Source: Hydrolagus colliei (lineage: Eukaryota). Taken from it: 64,000 nt of DNA. Shown piece after piece: positions 61,001-64,000 of the stretch. The notes below the pieces were generated by a model, which was not told where the DNA came from, did no database searches, and was given only the letters and a program-made list of their open reading frames with translations. A program made the translations under genes and the position numbers. The DNA lies in contig CM068755.1 of assembly GCA_035084275.1 (NCBI GenBank), forward strand, positions 6,138,001-6,202,000. The letters are read 5' to 3'. Position 1 is the stretch's first letter. Each line of letters begins with the position of its first letter.

Positions 61001-63802
61001 CCCAGTGTCCTCACAAATAAGTGTTTGCATATCCAAAATGCAAGGATTACATGTACTATTTATCCTATCATAATTCTTCATAATCTGGCGACTCCTTATC
61101 CTTCTCGGGCCTTAGTGAAAAAAGCCCTAGGTTTTCACATTTGTCTTCATAACTGAAATCACTCATCCCTGAGGACATCCTCGTCAGTCTACTCTGCACC
61201 TTTGCCATTGCTTTGATGTCTTTCATACAATCTGGTGCACGAGACTTACCCAGTAGGCTAACTGTGATCAGATTCTTTAAACGCAAATGAGATTGATTTC
61301 TTTCAGGAAGTAATATTTTACGATACAGTATACAAGTAGTTTAGGATCTGATGCATGCTTGCAACTGCCAGGATGATGGAAGGCAAACTGGATGGACCGT
61401 GGTCTTTTTTTTTGCCTGGCATATCTATTATATGCTTCTTATCTACCAAAGTCTTATCTATGTTCATATCTACGAGTTGAGCCTTACCTCTTCAGTCACT
61501 ATGAGGCTGTGTTTTGTTTGTTTCAGGATTGGAGAGGAATACAGAGTACAGTTTCCGAGTCTCTGCTATTACAGTCAATGGCACTGGCCCTTCCTCCGAG
61601 TGGCTGTCAGCTGAAACATTTGAGAGTGATCTGGATGGTAAGGACCCCCAATGAAACATGTTGGTTGGTGACCATGTTTGAAGGGTTTTTGTGTAGTTGT
61701 TCTAATGATTATTTTGTTTGACAGAAACCCAAGTGCCTGACGTGCCCAGCTCTCTTCATGTCCGACCTCTGACTAACAGCATTGTGGTGAGCTGGACACC
61801 CCCCGAAAACCAGAACATTATTGTCCGAGGTTATGCGATTGGCTATGGCATTGGCAGCCCCCACGCAGAGACCATCAGGGTGGATTACAAGCAACGCTAT
61901 TACTCCATCGAACGGCTGGGTAAGTGAGGGAGTGAGTGACGTAGGGAGGGAGGGAGTGGGGGAGGGAGGGAGGGAGAAGTTGCAATTTGTAGTATCCTCT
62001 CACCTTGAGGGCCCCCACCCAAAGCTGGATTCTGGGGCCTGACCAGTGCCGTAAGCAGCCGCTTGCTAAGTGTCTGGTGCTCTGCAGTTGCTGGGAAACC
62101 CTCAGCCAGTCCTTTCATCTCACTATTCTTATGTTCTTCATAGACCAAAGAAACGTTATATTCTCCTGCAGAACTCCCAAAGTCTCAGCCCTAGCAGCAA
62201 TGCTCATTTACACATTTCTTTGATGCCCTCGCACCGTTGCTATTTTTACATTTAATCAGCACCTGAGTGACCGTTAAGTCAGGGCTGCTCTGCTGCTGTT
62301 GAAGAGTGACAGGCTTTTCTCTGCTTTCTCCTTACAGAGCCCAATTCACACTATGTGATCACACTGAAGGCATTCAACAAGGTCGGGGAAGGAATCCCAC
62401 TGTACGAGAGTGCAGCCACCAGACCCCTAACGGGTAACAGAAATAAATCCCCAGTTTCTTTTACTTTCTCGTCTTAAGAGATGTTGCTGTGTCCTGTAGA
62501 GTTTATGTACCTGTTTTCAACTTAACATCCACTTAATATCAGACACTGAACTCAGGACTTGATTATGAATCCAGCATGTTAAAGTTCTGCTCTGCTGTGA
62601 GAGTAGATTGTGGGGAGCCTGGGCAGATGAGGCGAGGAGGGAAAGGCCGGTAACAATCCCTTGGGAAGGCTGCCTCCCACCCTCAAGGCCTGAGTGCACT
62701 TGGCCTGGCTCTGAAATATAATGATAGTTTGTCTGACGTGAGGAGAGGGTGAGGGTGAGACAGAGACAGGGGTCAGGAGTCAGTGCAGATGTGACCAGGT
62801 GGTCCAGTACACATTATGGCTGGGGCTGGCCACCAGTAGGGTAGGGGATACCGGAGGGGTGTGATGGACAAATTATGGTTGAATTACTGCTAATTGACCA
62901 GTGGGTTGGAATGCGAGGCGGGAGAGGGGGTGTTTTAAACATAAGCTATCAATGGCACACTGTCAGATCTGTGTGAGTGAGGTGTGGGTTTCAGTGCGTG
63001 AGAGAGACTGGAATGTTGAGTTGTGTGCAGTCGTCTTTCTGGCACAGGCAGAGCCTGTTATAACATGGTGGTTTGGCACTTGGCTTCCTGTGCCTCACAG
63101 CTGGAAATATTTAGTGGGTGTACACTGGTACATGTGTGGGTCTGTGTACACCAGGACATGTTCTACATTTGTATATAGCCTTCGGGAGGATGTCCCATGC
63201 CGCTGGACAGTCAGGGATTAGGACTGGGTGGTGGGAGGGGAGGCAGGGAGGGTAAGAGGGTGGGCAAAGGCATGATCGTAGAGGAGGGTATTGAGATGTG
63301 CCTTGAAGGAGGCAAGGCAGGGAACGAGACGAAGGGAATGCGGGATGGAGTTCCAAAGGGATCAGCCTGCATCTTACACATGAATGAATTGGTGTTAAAA
63401 TGGTGCATTGGATGTCACTGTATTTAGTAACTGCTTCTCTCTTTCTCTCTTTTTCCTCCATCTCATACCTTCATTGTTCTACTTCGATCTCGTTGGGTTT
63501 TTTTTGTGTTACTTTCCTCCCCGTTCCTATTTATTTTTCTCTTCAACAAATTATTTCTGGTTTAATTTTCCCGCTCAGACCCCTTTGATCCTTCTAAGGT
63601 TTATTTATTTGATCCATACACTCCAGTACCAGATCCCAGCCCCATGCTGCCACCAGTTGGAGTGCAAGCCACTGTGCTTAACCACGACACCATCCGAGTC
63701 ACGTGGGCTGACAGCTCACTGCCCAAAAACCAGAAGATCACAGACGCTCGCTTCTATACCGTACGCTGGAAAACCAACTACCCGGCCAACACCAAGTTTA
63801 AG
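23935..63802 (+). CDS. NEO1: Neogenin (DCC/neogenin netrin and RGM receptor), partial multi-exon gene, exons 2-17; 5' and 3' ends outside the window
   Basis: Sixteen GT-AG exons with compatible phases join into 2642 nt of open frame (4 Ig + FNIII repeats). Peptides [52 protein letters not shown] and VDYKQRYY match neogenin rather than DCC. Confidence 0.96.
26190..26905 (-). mobile_element. L2 LINE 3' portion with a nested SINE tail (about 26625-26698)
   Basis: Minus-strand peptides [20 protein letters not shown] and [14 protein letters not shown] are typical of the L2 ORF2 C-terminus; reverse tail acaacaaaattatatttgtatagcgcctttcac. Confidence 0.88.
28795..29290. mobile_element. Reverse SINE fragment (28795-28935) abutting a forward L2 3' end (28936-29290)
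   Basis: taataatcc...atggattgaatg followed by ttcaggatcctggtcctcacctttgaagccctccac...gctatacaaatgtaatgttgttg. Confidence 0.8.
32978..33738. repeat. Perfect 80-bp inverted repeat (32978-33057 and 33659-33738), 601-bp spacer
   Basis: Base-by-base reverse-complement comparison showed no mismatches. Confidence 0.93.
35113..35176. repeat. (TG)n(TA)n microsatellite; similar (TA)n tracts at about 37852-37890 and 52016-52060
   Basis: Directly visible. Confidence 0.9.
36510..36650 (-). mobile_element. CR1 LINE 3' terminus
   Basis: cataagaacataagaaataagagcaggagtaggccattcag...ccttatccccataaccct, the reverse of a CR1 tandem-repeat tail. Confidence 0.75.
40291..40475. mobile_element. Tc1/mariner Tigger-type MITE (185 bp)
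   Basis: TA|CAGTAAAAGC ... GCTTTTACTG|TA terminal inverted repeats with TA target duplication; internal CCGG repeats. Confidence 0.88.
41943..42190 (+). mobile_element. tRNA-derived SINE with a deletion in the head and a truncated tail
   Basis: tgtggagtcctatagctcagcggttaga...ttactccacac...ctgtgaagcgctttgagacgtc. Confidence 0.85.
42509..42784 (+). CDS. NEO1: NEO1 exon 3 (276 bp), Ig2
   Basis: cctctcag|GT ... CCCG|gtaatt; encodes [30 protein letters not shown]...GSYRCIVE...EAQLDVLP. Confidence 0.95.
43168..43318 (+). CDS. NEO1: NEO1 exon 4 (151 bp), Ig3 N-terminal half
   Basis: tttgctgcag|AG ... GAAAG|gtctgt; encodes [50 protein letters not shown]. This frame is absent from the ORF track and was read by hand. 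Confidence 0.92.
43668..44300 (-). mobile_element. L2 LINE 3' portion
   Basis: Minus-strand peptide RLQIIQNS...[36 protein letters not shown]; tail shared with the 26190, 29290 and 45500 copies. Confidence 0.9.
45120..45501 (+). mobile_element. L2 LINE 3' end
   Basis: ccttcagccactctgcctccaacctttggaattcc...cctcaagaccctcctcttcgac...gcaatacaaatgtaattttattgttgttg. Confidence 0.85.
48082..48224 (+). CDS. NEO1: NEO1 exon 5 (143 bp), Ig3 C-terminal half
   Basis: cttccgaacag|T ... CAAG|gtaccg; encodes [47 protein letters not shown]; phase fits exons 4 and 6. Confidence 0.9.
48966..49900. mobile_element. Non-autonomous hAT DNA transposon (935 bp)
   Basis: 16-bp TIR TAGGGAACGGCGATAT / ATATCGCCGTTCCCTA; perfect 8-bp TSD CGAGATTG at 48958-48965 and 49901-49908; subterminal CGATAT repeats. 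Confidence 0.93.
49277..49660. repeat. 24-bp C-rich minisatellite (AGCCGTCTCTCTCCCCCTCCCCCC)n inside the hAT element
   Basis: Perfect units at about 49309-49420, degenerating on both sides. Confidence 0.92.
50585..50712. repeat. Degenerate tandem repeat of about 40 bp, three units
   Basis: gagagagacacacgcacactgtgagactggct repeated with variation. Confidence 0.65.
51150..51304 (+). CDS. NEO1: NEO1 exon 6 (155 bp), Ig4 N-terminal half
   Basis: ccctgcag|CT ... GTT|gtaagt; encodes [51 protein letters not shown]. Confidence 0.96.
53233..53353 (+). CDS. NEO1: NEO1 exon 7 (121 bp), Ig4 C-terminal half
   Basis: tttgcag|AAT ... CATG|gtaagt; encodes [40 protein letters not shown]. Confidence 0.95.
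54876..55092 (+). CDS. NEO1: NEO1 exon 8 (217 bp long form; 157 bp short form from 54936), Ig4-FN1 linker and FN1 start
   Basis: gtgccag|AC or catccag|CT ... AACAG|gtgagg; encodes [52 protein letters not shown]...SRDGIN. Confidence 0.92.
57050..57204 (+). CDS. NEO1: NEO1 exon 9 (155 bp), FN1 C-terminal half
   Basis: ctctgatag|G ... GAAG|gtaaac; encodes [51 protein letters not shown]. Confidence 0.95.
57595..57743 (+). CDS. NEO1: NEO1 exon 10 (149 bp), FN2 N-terminal half
   Basis: ctttcag|TT ... CAG|gtgagg; encodes [50 protein letters not shown]. Confidence 0.95.
58225..58363 (+). CDS. NEO1: NEO1 exon 11 (139 bp), FN2 C-terminal half
   Basis: cccgggcag|GAT ... GATG|gtgagt; encodes [46 protein letters not shown]. 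Confidence 0.95.
58364..58708 (+). repeat. G-rich minisatellite of 27-39 bp units (GTGAGTGGTGTGTGCGGGGGGGCAGTGG)n, about 11 units, starting at the exon-11 donor
   Basis: Units begin at about 58364, 58391, 58421, 58449, 58477, 58506, 58545, 58574, 58602, 58630 and 58669. Confidence 0.92.
59317..59374. repeat. 17-bp tandem repeat, about 3 units (GAGCATTGTTGGGCTGA)
   Basis: Directly visible. Confidence 0.8.
59471..59520 (+). CDS. NEO1: NEO1 exon 12 (50 bp), FN3 start
   Basis: tttttgtag|TG ... AGG|gtaagt; encodes [17 protein letters not shown]. Confidence 0.93.
60028..60169 (+). CDS. NEO1: NEO1 exon 13 (142 bp), FN3 middle
   Basis: ccttgtctag|AGC ... GATG|gtgagt; encodes [47 protein letters not shown] (read by hand). 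Confidence 0.93.
61050..61300 (-). mobile_element. CR1 LINE ORF2 fragment
   Basis: Minus-strand peptide [37 protein letters not shown] resembles the CR1 motif KDIxxLERVQRRxTR...SYEERLxxLGLFSL. Confidence 0.85.
61527..61637 (+). CDS. NEO1: NEO1 exon 14 (111 bp), FN3 end
   Basis: gtttcag|GA ... GATG|gtaagg; encodes [37 protein letters not shown]. Confidence 0.95.
61725..61919 (+). CDS. NEO1: NEO1 exon 15 (195 bp), FN4 N-terminal part
   Basis: tttgacag|AA ... CTGG|gtaagt; encodes [65 protein letters not shown]. Confidence 0.96.
62338..62433 (+). CDS. NEO1: NEO1 exon 16 (96 bp), FN4 end
   Basis: ccttacag|AG ... ACGG|gtaaca; encodes [32 protein letters not shown]. Confidence 0.94.
63160..63365 (-). 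mobile_element. L2 LINE 3' end
   Basis: tacatttgtatatagccttcgggaggatgtccca...gggatggagttccaaagg, the reverse of the L2 tail seen elsewhere in the window. Confidence 0.75.
63579..63802 (+). CDS. NEO1: NEO1 exon 17 (224 bp long form; 176 bp short form from 63627), FN4-FN5 linker and FN5 start
   Basis: cccgctcag|AC or actccag|TA ... AAG|gtcagt; encodes [75 protein letters not shown]. Confidence 0.93.
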
Positions 63803-64000
63803 GTCAGTGTGGCTGCATTTAGCTGGGGTGGCATTTCAGCTCAGTCTAAACATGCAAATTTATACACAAAAGAGACAGGGTAACATTTACCCTCTCGCTC
63901 AGCAACACCCGGGTCACATTTACGGTACCGCTTGGGTAACACTCGTTTAATCAGCACGTGTGGCACCAGGGTCAGCGCCTTGGGACGTCCTCCCGACGTG

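Noticed and set aside
23935-63802. Assignment as DCC, or as a pseudogene
   Set aside because: Diagnostic peptides and the 16-aa linker insert fit neogenin, and all exons keep frame with canonical splice sites.

Overview
This is vertebrate genomic DNA, not prokaryotic. The L2, CR1, Penelope-like and tRNA/Deu-SINE repertoire suggests a cartilaginous fish, possibly a chimaera (inference). The whole window lies inside one + strand gene, neogenin (NEO1, DCC family). I traced 16 consecutive GT-AG coding exons, equivalent to human exons 2-17, from 23935 to 63802. They splice into one open frame of 2642 nt (about 880 codons) encoding Ig1-Ig4, FN1-FN4 and the start of FN5. Exon 1 and the 3' exons lie outside the window. 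The introns are dense with SINE and LINE fragments and carry two intact DNA-transposon MITEs. I found no convincing wholly new multi-gene system, and the other ORFs in the track are repeat-derived or spurious. The most notable signals are: (1) two in-frame alternative acceptors (60 nt and 48 nt), each preceded by a long AG-exclusion zone, with a candidate distant branch point and a YCAY cluster; (2) a minisatellite built from the exon-11 splice donor; (3) a perfect 80-bp inverted duplication in intron 2; (4) a young CpG-rich hAT MITE with an 8-bp TSD and an internal G-quadruplex-prone minisatellite. Exon numbering follows human NEO1 from memory, and repeat boundaries are approximate unless a TSD or TIR is given.
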